A stretch of DNA of 64,000 bases. Source: Macrostomum lignano (taxonomy: Eukaryota). Location of the stretch: NCBI GenBank assembly GCA_002269645.1, contig NIVC01001302.1:112444-176443 (forward strand), in the 5' to 3' direction. Of this stretch, positions 12,801 through 25,579 are shown one piece after another. The notes under the pieces are model-generated. The model did no database searches and had not been told where the DNA came from. It saw nothing but the letters and a program-made list of their open reading frames with translations. Numbering within the stretch: position 1 is the first letter of the stretch; every line of letters starts with the position of its first letter. A program made the translations under genes and the position numbers.

Positions 12801-14123
12801 GTATTTGATGTCTGGTCGTTTGAAGGCTAGAATATAGTTGTAACATATTACAAAGACGTGTTTAGATGTGGGAAAAGTTCTCGAGGGGTGGTGGAGCGGT
12901 GGGGGAGCCAGCCCCCTTTACCACTAGACTAACTAATGCCAGGGGCGTGGGGGGCGGCTAGCCCCCCACTATACCACTATACCACTAGACTAACTAATGC
13001 CAGGGGCGTGGGGGGCGGCCAGCCCCCACTATACCACTAGACTAACTAATGCCAGGGGCGTGGGGGGCGGCCAGCCCCCCACTATACCACTAGACTAACT
13101 AATGCCAGGGGCGTGGGGGGCGGCCAGCCCCCTACTATACCACTAGACTAACTAATGCCAGGGGCGTGGGGGGGCGGCTAGCCCCCCACTATACCACTAT
13201 ACCACTAGACTAACTAATGCCAGGGGCGTGGGGGGCGGCCAGCCCCCCACTATACCACTAGACTAACTAATGCCAGGGGCGTGGGGGGCGGCCAGCCCCC
13301 ACTATACCACTAGACTAACTAATGCCAGGGGCGTGGGGCGGCGAGCCCCCCACTATACCACTAGACTAATAAATGCCAGGGGCGTGGGGGGCGGCCAGCC
13401 CCCACTATACCACTAGACTAACTAATGCCAGGGGCGTGGGGGGCGGCCAGCCCCCCACTATACCACTAGACTAACTAATGCCAGGGGCGTGGGGGCGGCC
13501 AGCCCCCACTATACCACTTAGACTAACTAATGCCAGGGGCGTGGGGGCGGCCAGCCCTCCACTATACCACTAGACTAACTAATGCCAGGGGCGTGGGGGG
13601 CGGCCAGCCCCCACTATACCACTAGACTAATAAATGCCAGGGGCGTGGGGGCGGCCAGCCCCCCACTATACCACTAGACTAACTAACGCTAGGGGCGTGG
13701 GGGGCGGCCAGCCCCCACTATACCACTAGACTAATAAATGCCAGGGGCGTGGGGGGCGGCCAGCCCCCACTATACCACTAGACTAACTAACGCCAGGGGC
13801 GTGGGGGGCGGCCAGCCCCCTACTATACCACTAGACTAACTAATGCCAGGGGCGTGGGGGCGGCCAGCCCCCCACTATACCACTAGACTAACTAATGCCA
13901 GGGGCGTGGGGGGCGGCCAGCCCCCACTATACCACTTAGACTAACTAATGCCAGGGCGGCCAGCCCCCCACTATACCACTAGACTAACTAATGCCAGGGG
14001 CGTGGGGGGCTTTTTAGCTCTCAATTTAGGTTAAATAAATAGATGTCATAGCCATAAACAATAATTGACACAATATAAACCATCGTCCCACCTTTGAAGA
14101 CGACAGCGTCTTCATTCACTAGT
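9894..14123 (+). mobile_element. Same element, unit 3 (4230 bp)
   Basis: Near-identical; ends ttcattcaCTAGT at 14119-14123, followed by unique sequence atctatggct. Confidence 0.7.
12905..14011. repeat. ~52-bp GC-rich minisatellite (unit 3)
   Basis: Same monomer and order of variants. Confidence 0.95.
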
Positions 14124-14654
14124 ATCTATGGCTAGGAGCGGATGTTTCTGAATCAACAGGTTTCTGCTGCAAATGTTACAATGCATGCGCAGTGCCGTTT
14201 TCAATCCGGTTAACGATTTGCCTGAACATGACTGTCTGTTGTTTAGCGTAAGTCCACTTTATATTTGATTTATATTATATGGTTTATAATATTTTGCTTT
14301 GTATTTTAAAGCTTATAAATTTCTGTCGTCTTATTGGTTTAAATATACAATAATGTTATAATAGTATGATTAGTTAACTACGACTTTATATCTGTTAGAC
14401 AGGCATTAATCTTGGCGATGACGTAAACTTTTTCTACATTTGATGTTGTATTACCTTTTCCTAAATATACGTGTACAAGTCTCTGTCTGAGTCTTTGTTA
14501 CTCTACTTTTCAATTACGATATTATTAAACTCTGTTTATGCAAAAATGCAAGCATATTAAATATACTATCGCGGCATATAATTGAACATTTTTGTAGCTT
14601 TTAAAAGTTAATCTATAAGTAGTTTGTGTTTTATTTTACTAAACTGGTTTTATA

Positions 14655-15530
14655 GTCGGTTACAGGCAGCTACAGACAGTCATGATCAGTTACAGACAGC
14701 TACAGACAGTCATGATCAGTTACAGACAGCTACAGACAGTCATAGTCGAATACAAACAGCTTCAGACAGTCATAGTCGATTACAGACAGCTACAGACAGT
14801 CATAGTCGGTTACAGACAGCTACAAACAGTCATAGTCGATTACAGACAGCTACAGACAGTCATAGTCGATTACAGACAGCTTCAGACAGTCATAGTCGAA
14901 TACAGACAGCTACAGACAGTCATAGTTGGTTACAGACAGCTACAGACAGTCATAGTCGGTTACAGACAGCTACAGACAGTCATAGTTGGTTACAGACAGC
15001 TACAGACAGTCATAGTCGGTTACAGACAGCTACAGACAGTCATAGTCGAATACAGACAGCTACAGACAGTCATAATCGGTTATAGACAGCTACAGACAGT
15101 CATAGTTGGTTACAGACAGCTACAGACAGTCATAGTCGATTACAGACAGCTTCAGACAGTCAAAGTCGAATACAGACAGCTACAGACAGTCATAATCGGT
15201 TACAGACAGCTACAGACAGTCATAGTTGGTTACAGACAGCTACAGACAGTCATAGTCGGTTACAGACAGCTACAGACAGTCATAGTCAGTTATAAAAGCT
15301 ACAGACAGTCATAGTTAGTTACAGACAGCTACAGACATTTATAGTCGGTTACAGACAGGTACAGACAGTCATAGTCAGTTATAAAAGCTACAGACAGTCA
15401 TAGTTGGTTACAGACAGCTACAGTCATAGTCGATTACAGACAGCTTCAGACAGTCATAGTCGATTACAGACAGCTACAGACAGTCATACTCGGTTACAGA
15501 CAGCTACAGACAGTTATAGTCAGTTATACA
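14655..15530. repeat. 30-bp minisatellite upstream of ABCB10
   Basis: tacagacagctacagacagtcatagtcggt; explains the repetitive ORFs 14624..15085 and 14682..15314. Confidence 0.95.
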
Positions 15531-15800
15531 GACAGCCATAATCGGTTATAGTCAACTATTATAGACAAGCATTGTAGGCAACAGCCAATTACATGTACAG
15601 CCAGAATACAGACTGCTACAGACAGTTATAGTAGGCAACAGCCAAATACAGTCAGAATACAGACAGCCACAGTCGCAAAAACAGCCTCTAACTACGAATT
15701 CTTCAACACACTTCCCCTCTGCAGTTGCGAGCCCTGGATCTGAGCTACCATATGCTACTTAGAGTAGGCTGACGATACGAAATCATTTAAAGCCCAAGTC

Positions 15801-18800
15801 ATGTTGCGCCTGTTGCCAACTCTTCGAGGCCAACGGTGCCTTCACCAGCAGCAGAGCTGGCATCAGAGACACCGGCAAGACTTGCTGTTTTTCTGCCGGC
15901 GTCAGCTGCAGTCCTCAGCTCCGCAGCCGCCGAAGCAGCGGCCCAGACTGAGCGACATCCGCCGATTGGCGGCTCAATCTCGGCCCGAACGGCGGCACAT
16001 CCTGGCCGGCATCGGCCTGCTGGCAATCTCCAGCGGCATCACCGTGTCGCTGCCGTTCTTCATCGGCCGAATTGTTGACGTCATCGATTCGGAGAAAGAC
16101 GACAAAGCTGCCTTGAGTCGATCGTTGACGCGGATTTCGGCGGGATTGGCGGGGCTGTTCCTGCTTGGCGGGGCCGCCAATGCCGCCAGGGTGTACCTGA
16201 TGCGGTCCGCCGGCCAGCGGATTATCAAGCGGATGCGGGATGCCGTGTACTCCAGCACGCTGACCCAGGAGGTGGGCGCGTGGGCACTGGGAGAAGAACC
16301 AAGGAATTCCAAGAGCACAGCAAACAGGGGAATTCTTGGAACATGTTGAACAGGGAAATTCCAAGAGCATAGCGAACCGGGGAATTTTAGGAACAGGGAG
16401 AACAAAACTGGGGAATTCTAGGAACACGGAGAACAGGGGAATTCTAGGAACACGGAGAACAGGGGAATTCTAGGAACAAGGAGAACAGAGGAATTCTAGG
16501 AACACGGAGAACAGAGGAATTCTAGGAACACGGAGAACAGAGGAATTCTAGGAACACGGAGAACAGAGGAATTCTAGGAACACGGAGAACAGGGGAATTC
16601 TAGGAACAAGGAGAACAGAGGAGTTCTAGGAGCACGGAGAACAGAGGAATTCTAGGAACAAGGAGAACAGAGGAATTCTAGGAACACGGAGAACAGAGGA
16701 ATTCTAGGAACACGGAGAACAGATGAATTCTAGGAATAGAGAGATTCTAGGAATTCTGGGAATTCTAGGGGGACAGAGCACAAAACAGGGGAATTCTAGA
16801 AAAGGAGGTAACAGGGGAATTCTGGGAACAGACGGAACAGGGAATTCTAGGAACAGAGAAGCACAGAACAGGGGAATTCTTGGACCACTGACAGTAGGGG
16901 AATTCTAGGAACAGTATCACAAACAACCAGTCTTACCGATCCGCCCAGATTGCTTTCTTCGACCGGTCGCGCACCGGCGAGCTGGTGAATCGCCTGTCAG
17001 CCGACACCGCCCTCGTTGGCGAGTCGCTCACCCTCAACGTGGCGGACGGAATCCGGTCAACTTTCATGGCCGTAGCCAGCGTCGGCATGATGATCTACGT
17101 CTGCCCCCGCCTTGCCGCCGTGTCCCTCGCCGTGGTGCCGCCCGTGGCCGTCCTGGCGGTTGTCTATGGCCGCTACGTGAAGCGGATCACTCTGCAGGTG
17201 CAGGACCGGCTGGCCGCGGCTACCCAGCTCGCCGAGGAGCGCTTCAGCGGCATCAGGACTGTGCGGGCCTTTGCTAAGGAGGCCCACGAGATTCGCAGGT
17301 TGGAGTTCAACTGCTGCTGCTGCTGCTCTCACTCTCCCTATCTCTCTCTCACTCTCCCTCATCTCCCTCTCATCTCCCCCTCACTTTCCCTTATCTCCCT
17401 CTCACTCTCCTATCTACCTCTCACTTTCCCTTATCTCCCTCTCACTCTCTTATCTCCCCCTCACTTTCCCTTATCTCCCTCTCACTCTCTTATCTACCTT
17501 TCTATCTATCTATCTACCTTATCTACTCTTTCCTATCAACCTCTCACTCTCCCTCATTTCCCTCTCACTCTCCCTCATCTACCTCTCACTCTCCTATCTA
17601 CCTCTCACTTTCCCTGATCTCCCTCTTACTCTATCTTATCTACCTCTCACTCCCTCTTATTTACCTCTCACTCTCCTTAATCTCCCTCTCATTTTTCTCT
17701 TATCTCTCTGTCACTCTTTCTTATCTACCTCTCACTCACCTTTATCCACCTCTCTTTCTCTTCTGTATCTCCTTACTTTCCCTTATTTACATCACACTCT
17801 TTTATGTCTCCTCAATTTAATATCATTTTTTTCACTCCCTCCTTCATCAACACCTGAACCTCCCTCTCTACTGCCGAGTATCAAACCCAGAATTCTGGAT
17901 AACAAGCAGAGTCGCCCGCAACCCTCCCAGCTACTCCCAGGAGACCCAGTCTGTCTACCTGGTCACCCTGAACGAAGCCAAAGCTCGAGCAGCTTTCTTC
18001 GGCTCCGTAACCGCCGCCGGGAATCTGGTAGTACTCTGCGTACTTTATTCCGGCGGTTTAATGATGTCGGACGGCAGACTAAGCGTAGGGAATCTGTCCG
18101 CTTTCCTGCTCTACGCCGTCTATGTTGGAGTGTCCATCAACGGGGTGAGCTCCTTCTACTCGGACCTCATGCGAGGCCTGGGCGCCAGCCAGCGCCTGTG
18201 GCAGCTCATCGACCGGCAGCCGCTGATCCCCGCTCTGCCGGTTGCCGGGCAATCAGCGGCATCGGCGACCGACAGCCGATTAGGCAGAGTTCGAGGCGAG
18301 ATCAAGTTCGAGAGAGTGGCCTTCTCCTACTGCGGAGGCGGTCTGGGCGAGGAGGCGGCTCGGCTGCAGCTGTTCCACGGCCTGGACCTGACTGTGCCGG
18401 CCGGGGCCAGCGTGGCCATCGTTGGACCGTCGGGCTCGGGCAAGTCCACGCTCGGCCATCTGCTCATGCGCTTCTACGATCCCGACCAGGGGTTCGTCCG
18501 GCTGGACGGGGTGGACATTCGGACATTGGACCCGGTGTGGCTGCGGAATCAGGTGCGTGTGGGATTTTATGTGGGAATTCGTGGGATTTTATGGGGGAAT
18601 TAGTGGGATTTTTTGGGGGAATTCCTGTGATTTTATGGAGGAATTCCTTGGATTTTTTTGGGGAATTCCTGGGATTTTTTAGGGGAGTACCTGGTATTTT
18701 TTGGGAGAATTCCTGGGATTTACGAGCGTATGGGAGAACTCCTGTGTATGGGATATCTGGTTGAGAGAGAAAAATACTAAAGAGGGGATAATGGGATATG

Positions 18801-21800
18801 GGGTGGGGGCAGACAGTGGGATATGGGGTGGGGGGAGACAGTGGGATATGGGGTGAGTGGTAAACAATGGGATATGGGGTGAGTGGTAAACAATGGGATA
18901 TGGGGTGAGTGGTAAACAATGGGATATGGGGTGAGTGGTAAACAATGGGATATGGGGTGAGTGGTAGACGATGGGATGTGGATGGGTGGTGGACAATGGG
19001 ATATGGGGTGGGGGGAGGCAGACAATGGGATATGGGGTGGCAGACAATGGAATATGGGGTGACAGACAATGGGATATGGGGTGGCAGACAATGAAATATG
19101 GGGTGACAGACAATGGGATATGGGGTGGAGGGAGGCAGACAATGGGATATGGGGTGGCAGACAATGGGATATGGGGTGGCACACAATGGGATATGGGGTG
19201 GCACACAATGGGATATGGGGTGGCACACAATGGGATATGGGGTGCAGACAAGGGGATATGGATGGCAGACAAGGGAATATGGGTGGCAGACAAGGGGATA
19301 TAGAGTGGCAGACAAGGGAATATAGAGTGGCAGACAAGGGGATATGGAGTGGCAGACAAGGTGTGATAAAAAGGCAATTAGATAAATAGCATGCACGGTA
19401 AGCAATGATTTAGGCCCTAGACAAACCTATTTTTGGAGCGTTCGGAGATTTTAAAGCTATTAGCCCTAATTGCCTATCGCCGGTCGGCGAGTCCTACCAG
19501 TCTTTCTCCAATAGCCGCAGGTACAGTACAAGAAAAGAAAGAACACGAGGGAACACGAACCGAGCAGATTTAGAGAGTGATATCCTATCAGAATAGCTAA
19601 TAATTGATTGACTTGACGATTTAATTGATTAATTTGACAATGGTTACAAAACTCAAATGCAATTCGCGCGGACAATTAGACTTGACAACAACGGAAATAA
19701 CAACGAGACAACGATTAGATTACGCAATGGCAAGCAGATCTCAGCTGAGAAAGAAGAGAAGAAGAAACCGAACACGGGACCACGGAGAAAGACTCCTAAC
19801 CCCTGGCCTAAGCCAGAACCTACACTCAACGAGAGCCCTGCCGAACCGACCGTTCAACGGAGTACCGACTAACTTCTATCGGCACTGCCCTTCAGTGTGA
19901 CACTGAGGCCCTCGGGGTCGAGGCCGCGTACTTGATCAGATCCGACAGTCTCTATCTAACCGCGCTTGACAGCGACGACTTCAGACAAGGATTTGCCGTA
20001 GACGTTACGCCACAAGACTAAAGCGGTTGGGCAAGGGAACAAAGAATGGACCGGGGTGACGAAATCAAAACGCCTCAAAGCGCAAACCAAAAAGGGAAAC
20101 AGGCCACCGGCCGGGAAGCTGAACAAAAACCAAAGACCGGGAAGAAAAGGAAAGAAAAAGAGATGAGATCTGATTGCCAAACACACTTTCATTATAGTCA
20201 GAGTCACAACCCCCCAAAACCCCCTCAAGCCGGGTGGTGGTCGTCTGGCCGGCCGCTTGCTAAGCCGGATTGCACTGTGCCCGCGGCGCCGGGTAGACTT
20301 AGAACTTGCCGCGTGCCAGGGTCCAGGCCGGTTCTGATTGGCTGGCCGCGCAAAGCTGGGGTTCGCAGAAAACTCAACCCTCCGCTGAGTCACAGATTGG
20401 CTTCTGACTTCTAACCTGTTTACGCAAAATAGATTTTAACTATCAAGAAAAGTACATTGAAAACGCATGACTAAACTAAAGCAAATAACAATTCAACAAC
20501 AACATAGAACCCAATACAATTAATTAACTAACAAAAGATGCTCACACTACAAAGGGGATATGGAGTGGCAGACAATGGGATATGGAGTGGCAGACAATGG
20601 GATCAATTCCATCCGCACGGTCCTGACGCTCTGAGCAGATCGGCTGCGTGCCCCAGGAGCCGATGCTGTTCTCCTGCAGCGTCGCCGACAACATTCGCTA
20701 CGGCGCCGCCCTGTCGTCGACGACTGTGTCGCAAGCCGACGTCGAGGCGGCGGCCCGGTTGGCCAACGCGCACGGATTCGTGTCGGCTCTGCCGCAGGGC
20801 TACGACACTCTGGTTGGCGAACGGGGCGTTCTGCTGTCCGGCGGGCAGCGGCAGCGGGTGGCCATCGCTCGGGCCATCGTCAAGAATCCGCGGGTACTGC
20901 TGCTGGATGAGGCCACCAGGTGAGCACAGCAGCTGCTGGTGGGCGGAAGTGGTTTAGGGACCGGATAGGCTGCTGAATTACTCGTAGTTTTCTAATTAGC
21001 GATGCATTACCTTCCTAATTAGCGATGCATTAGCTTCATAATTAGCGATGCATTAGCTTCATAATTAGCGATGCATTAGCTTCATAATTAGTGATGCATT
21101 AGCTTCCTAATTAGTGATGCATTAGCTTCCTAATTAGCGATGCATTAGCTTCCTAATTAGTGATGCATTAGCTTCCTAATTAGCGATGCATTAGCTTCCT
21201 AATTAGCGATGCATTAGCTTCCTAATTAGTGATGCATTAGCTTCCTAATTAGTGATGCATTAGCTTCTTAATTAGTGATGCATTAGCTTCCTAATTAGCG
21301 ATGCATTAGCTTCCTAATTAGCGATGCATTAGCTTCCTAATTAGCGATGCATTACCTTTCTAATTAGCGATGCATTACCTTTCTAATTAGCGATGCATAA
21401 GCTTCCTAATTAGTGATGCATTAGCTTCCTAATTAGCGATGCATTAGCTTCCTAATAAGCGATGCATTACCTTCCTAATTAATGATGAATTAGCTTCCTA
21501 ATTAGCGATGCATTAGCTTCCTAATAAGCGATGCATTAGCTTCCTAATTAGCGATGTATTAGCTTCCTAATTAGCGATGCATTAGCTTCCTAATTAGCGA
21601 TGCATTAGCTTCCTAATTAGCGATGCATTACCTTTCTAATTAGCGATGCATTACCTTTCTAATTAGCGATGCATAAGCTTCCTAATTAGTGATGCATTAG
21701 CTTTCTAATTAGCGATGCATTACCTTTCTAATTAGCGATGCATTACCTTTCTAATTAGCGATGCATAAGCTTCCTAATTAGTGATGCATTAGCTTTCTAA

Positions 21801-22590
21801 TTAGCGATGCATTACCTTTCTAATTAGCGATGCATAAGCTTCCTAATTAGCGATGCATTCATTAGCTTCCTAATTAGTGATGCATAAGCTTCCTAATTAG
21901 CGATGCATTAGCTTCCTAATTTGTGATGCATTAGCTTTCTAATTAGCGATGCATTACCTTTCTAATTAGCGATGCATAAGCTTCCTAATTAGCGATGCAT
22001 TCATTAGCTTCCTAATTAGTGATGCATAAGCTTCCTAATTAGCGATGCATTAGCTTCCTAATTTGTGATGCATTAGCTTTGTAATTAGTGATGCATTAGC
22101 TACCAAATAAGTAATGCACTAGTTTTCTTATTAGCGATTTCGATACATATCGGCTTTTTTCTCGGCCAGACGGTTCTTGGAAAAATCAATTACACAGACA
22201 GACAGACAGACAGACAGACCGAAAAACAGCGTAAATTAATATACAGATTAGCTTCCTAATTAGCAATGTATTAGCTACCAAATTAGCGCCGAAATTAGTC
22301 CCTAAAGATCACCTACGCTCGTAAAAATAACTTTCTGAAAAACATAAAAAATCCCCTCAAATTTCAGCGCACTCGACGCGGAAAGCGAATACCTTGTGCA
22401 CGACGCTCTACTAAAAGTAGCCAAAGGCAGAACAGTGATCACCATAGCGCACCGATTGTCCACTATTAGAACAGCGGATCTCATTGGAGTTCTGTCCGAC
22501 GGTCGACTAGCCGAGCTGGGCAGCTACGTCGAACTGATGGCGAGGCCGAATGGAGTGTTTAGGCGGCTCATCGATCGGCAAACTCTGTGA
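15801..22590 (+). CDS. ABCB10: ABCB10-like mitochondrial ABC half-transporter, 5 exons, about 648 aa
   Basis: Exons 15801-16271, 16949-17298, 17931-18552, 20639-20919, 22368-22590 join in frame with GT-AG introns (1947 nt). Arg-rich N-terminal leader; [22 protein letters not shown]; Walker [10 protein letters not shown]; Q-loop VPQEP; signature LSGGQRQR; Walker B LLLDEATS; H-loop IAHRLST. ABCB10 versus ABCB8 assigned from motif recall. Confidence 0.88.
16290..16910. repeat. 26-bp minisatellite in ABCB10 intron 1
   Basis: gaattctaggaacacggagaacagag. Confidence 0.9.
17325..17860. repeat. CT-rich low-complexity tract in ABCB10 intron 2
   Basis: ctcactctccctcatctccct-type degenerate repeats. 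Confidence 0.9.
18790..19360. repeat. 22-bp minisatellite in ABCB10 intron 3
   Basis: gggatatggggtggcagacaat; the array resumes at about 20553-20600. Confidence 0.9.
19362..20546. mobile_element. ~1.2-kb insertion interrupting the intron-3 minisatellite (LTR-like, unclassified)
   Basis: Minisatellite on both sides; termini TGTGA...TCACA; no target-site duplication found; no recognisable ORF. Confidence 0.4.
20990..22110. repeat. 23-bp minisatellite in ABCB10 intron 4
   Basis: ctaattagcgatgcattagcttc, containing the palindromes CTAATTAG and ATGCAT. Confidence 0.95.
22119..22247 (-). mobile_element. 129-bp mini-Helitron
   Basis: Minus strand A|TCTGTATATT...(GTCT)n...cgata-tg-tatcg hairpin...aaaaCTAG|T; removing it restores the host repeat gtaatgca+ttagcttcc with no TSD. 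Confidence 0.7.
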
Positions 22591-22639
22591 TGGGGATAAT
22601 TCGGGGATTATTTTTGCTTTCTAATATCAGGATTTTTAG

Positions 22640-23050
22640 GGTAACATTAGGCATTAGTGAGAGGCCAATTAGGTATTAGAAACTTGTAAGCGACTGATTA
22701 GGCAATAGTGAGAAGCCAATTGAGAGGCTAATTAGGCATTTTTAGCACTAGTTAGTCATTAGCGAGAGGCCAATTAGGCATTAGTGAGAGGCCAATTAGG
22801 TATTAGTGAGAGGCAAATTAGGCATTAACGAGAGGCGAATTAGGCATTTTTAGCATTAGTTAGTCATTAGCGGGAGGCATTAGGCATTTAGCGAAAGGCT
22901 AATTAGGCATTAGCGAAAGGCTAATTAGGCATTAGCGAAAGGCTAATTAGGCATTAGCGAAAGGCTAATTAGGCATTAGCGAGAGGCCAATTAGGCATTA
23001 GTGAGAGGCTAATTAGGTATAAGTAAAGTGCTAATAAGCATTAGAGAGCT
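22640..23050. repeat. 22-bp minisatellite downstream of ABCB10
   Basis: taattaggcattagcgaaaggc. Confidence 0.85.
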
Positions 23051-23550
23051 TTTACTTTTAATAAATAGTAAATTACGAGTATATGTTTGCGATCGTTTTA
23101 ATAACCATTTTATGATGGCTTGGATTTGAGTCATTGCTCGCATAAGCTTTGTGCTTTGCACCATTGGCAATGCAAAGTTGATTTTTTAAAATGCAAATTA
23201 GTGTTGGTCTAAGTTGACTCGACTAACTCATAATTGGTGCTGTAGTATAATGTACAATAGTATTCATATCTTTATCTAAGCTTTTTTGCAATTATCGTCT
23301 GTACGAGTAATAAGACCACAAGCTATCATGCTGAAAATTAATGGCTGTCATTTTTAAATATGGAGCATAGAAGTTGGTTTGTTATGCTTTGTTTTACGTC
23401 GTGGTTCTTAAATTGAAAATATTACATCGTTTTTTATGATTTAATTGAGTCTTGAGACTAAGAAGCCGTGGCTAATTTGATAAAGCACTGATTGCTGGTA
23501 ACCTGAAGGTAAAAAAAACAATTAAAAAATTAACTGCCTTACTAATTATG

Positions 23551-23961
23551 CCACGCAGGCATATATACTTAGTAAAACTGCTTTCTACTTTCAGTTCATT
23601 AGCAAAGAAGAATACATAAGCTATTTTATAAAAATAAAGGCAGCTGAAATGACCTTGATAAGTTTAGAAGCCCAAGCTTGCAGGCGTAAACAACTTGCTA
23701 ATTGGTTCAGCAGTAATGTACATTGGCCAGTCCACTGAAATGTACATGGCAGCTTTGGGGTGGAATTCCGAGAAAAGCAATAAAATTGGGGCGGGCGGGG
23801 GGTAGCTTAAACGGTTGGAGGGTCTAAGCTGGGGGGGTAAAAATCAATAAATGAGCCTTGGCTTTTAAATGCATTAAAATTCTTCTGTTTAACTTACTAC
23901 TGAACTGAGAGTAGCTTACACGCAAATGTGCTGAGTGGCCCATCTATTTATTCTAGTATCT
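23551..23961 (+). mobile_element. Dispersed ~400-bp repeat, copy 2
   Basis: Homologous to 1027-1446; ends ttattctagtatct. Confidence 0.6.
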
Positions 23962-24717
23962 GGGTGAGCCAAGTGCTTTTAGTCACAATGCCTGCATTGC
24001 ACGCAATCAACTGGACACAACAGAATTTTAGCCAGGCCCTCGACTGCAAGTGCACCATGTACCTGTTTGCTCTGGATATTAATGAGTCGCATTTTTTAAT
24101 CTAGATATTGCTGTGTAGCTTCATTTCACTGTTCTAAATTGTTGTAATCATGTTCTTCGAAATTTGCGTGTTGTGTCGTTATAAACGAATTTTTTTACGT
24201 TTAAAAGCTGTAAATGTTAATTGAGAAAAAATAAAATAGCTGCCTGTTTACTGACTTCAGCTAGAACTCGCTGTACTTGCGGCAACAGATATATCATTGA
24301 TTGACAATAAAACCGAATTGAAAAATGAACGTTATAACAAAACTTGTTTATTTTTTTGTGAAAATAGTTTGCTCGGAAATATTAGTAAAAAACAGAAAAT
24401 AATAATCAGAGGTAAAAGTAGAAAACTTCCCTGCAATTAATTAGAGGAATCTAAGTTTAGAAACATTGGAAGGTGCGATGAATTATACTGCAATTTGGCT
24501 TCTCTGCACGTTTCTAGTAGTATTTTCCGAACTTAAAGTGAATCAAATTTAAAACCACCTTCTAAACATGCTGGTTTCCAATGATTCTTAGGTTTTTTTA
24601 GCTCTTTAGCAGGTTCTCTATAGATATGCTTTCCTCAGCCTTGCTAGTTCTACTGGCAATTAATGGCTATGATTAACACAATTAGCAAAAAGTTCGTCAG
24701 TTTGGAAGTATATTCAA

Positions 24718-25579
24718 TCAGTTTCTGTTCTGCGACTCCCTAATTGGAAAGTACAGCAGCTTTCTAAGCGTTGTTACCGATTCAACAACCTGCTGTCCGT
24801 TGGTTTCTTGATAAACCTGGTCAACCACCTTTGGCAACAGGTGGGTGAACTCTTTGTTCCTTAGATCGACGCTCAAAATGACCTTGTTGAGCGCTTGCGC
24901 GAATGCGCCACCAGTGTTAGGGTCTCTGTGCGACGGCAGGCCCTCCGAGGTGCTGTAGATGTACAGACAGTCTTCCAAGCCTTGTAGGCAAGTCCGCGGT
25001 GTCGCCTGTTGGGTACCCGGCTCGCGACAGGCTTGAATGACGAAGATCTTCGGCTTGCCAGCCAGTCCGGGACACTCGCGCACCTGTTCAAACAACGACT
25101 CCAATAAAACTTTATTATTATCCGAGCCGCAGATGTAGCCATGTTCACCGTGGCTCATCAAGCACAAAAGAAATACGTCGTGCTGTGCATAGTCAGATAT
25201 TGGTCTGTTTAAGCTTAGCAAGGGTTTCTTCATGAAGTGGCTAGTAGTGTTCTTGTGCAGCTCAACATACAGGCCCAGCCGCTTGAAGCCCTGGTACAGT
25301 CCGGTCTGGCTGCTGTCTGCCATGGCGCCTTGTCTTTCGTTAAAACCGGAGTTGTTACACTCTGGATCGATGTTGTTTATCACTATAGCAACGCCTCGGA
25401 AGCTGGCTGTCATGCAGTATCTCTCTTGAACATCGACCGGACTCAGAGTCGGTTGTTGAGATACGCTGTCCGCAGCCTCGAGCGCCTCGCTCCATGGCGA
25501 CGATAAAGTTTCGTGGTCGTCGTCGTCGTCGGCAGCTGCTGCCGACTCTGCGGTAGCGTCTCTTTGATGTCTGCGAATG
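24718..25579 (-). CDS. Caspase (peptidase C14A) domain exon of paralog A
   Basis: RGVAIVINN, ERQGAMAD, LMSHG, KPKIFVIQACRE, YST..G..SHR. Confidence 0.92.

Noticed and set aside
4457-14011. CRISPR-like appearance of regularly spaced repeats (also 20990-22110 and 27270-27870)
   Set aside because: No unique spacers, no cas genes, intron-containing eukaryotic context; these are minisatellites
14624-15314. 153- and 210-aa ORFs upstream of ABCB10
   Set aside because: Translations of a stop-free 30-bp minisatellite
17271-19405. Long ORFs (497, 313, 232 aa) within ABCB10 introns
   Set aside because: Low-complexity intronic repeats or off-frame reads of the true exon
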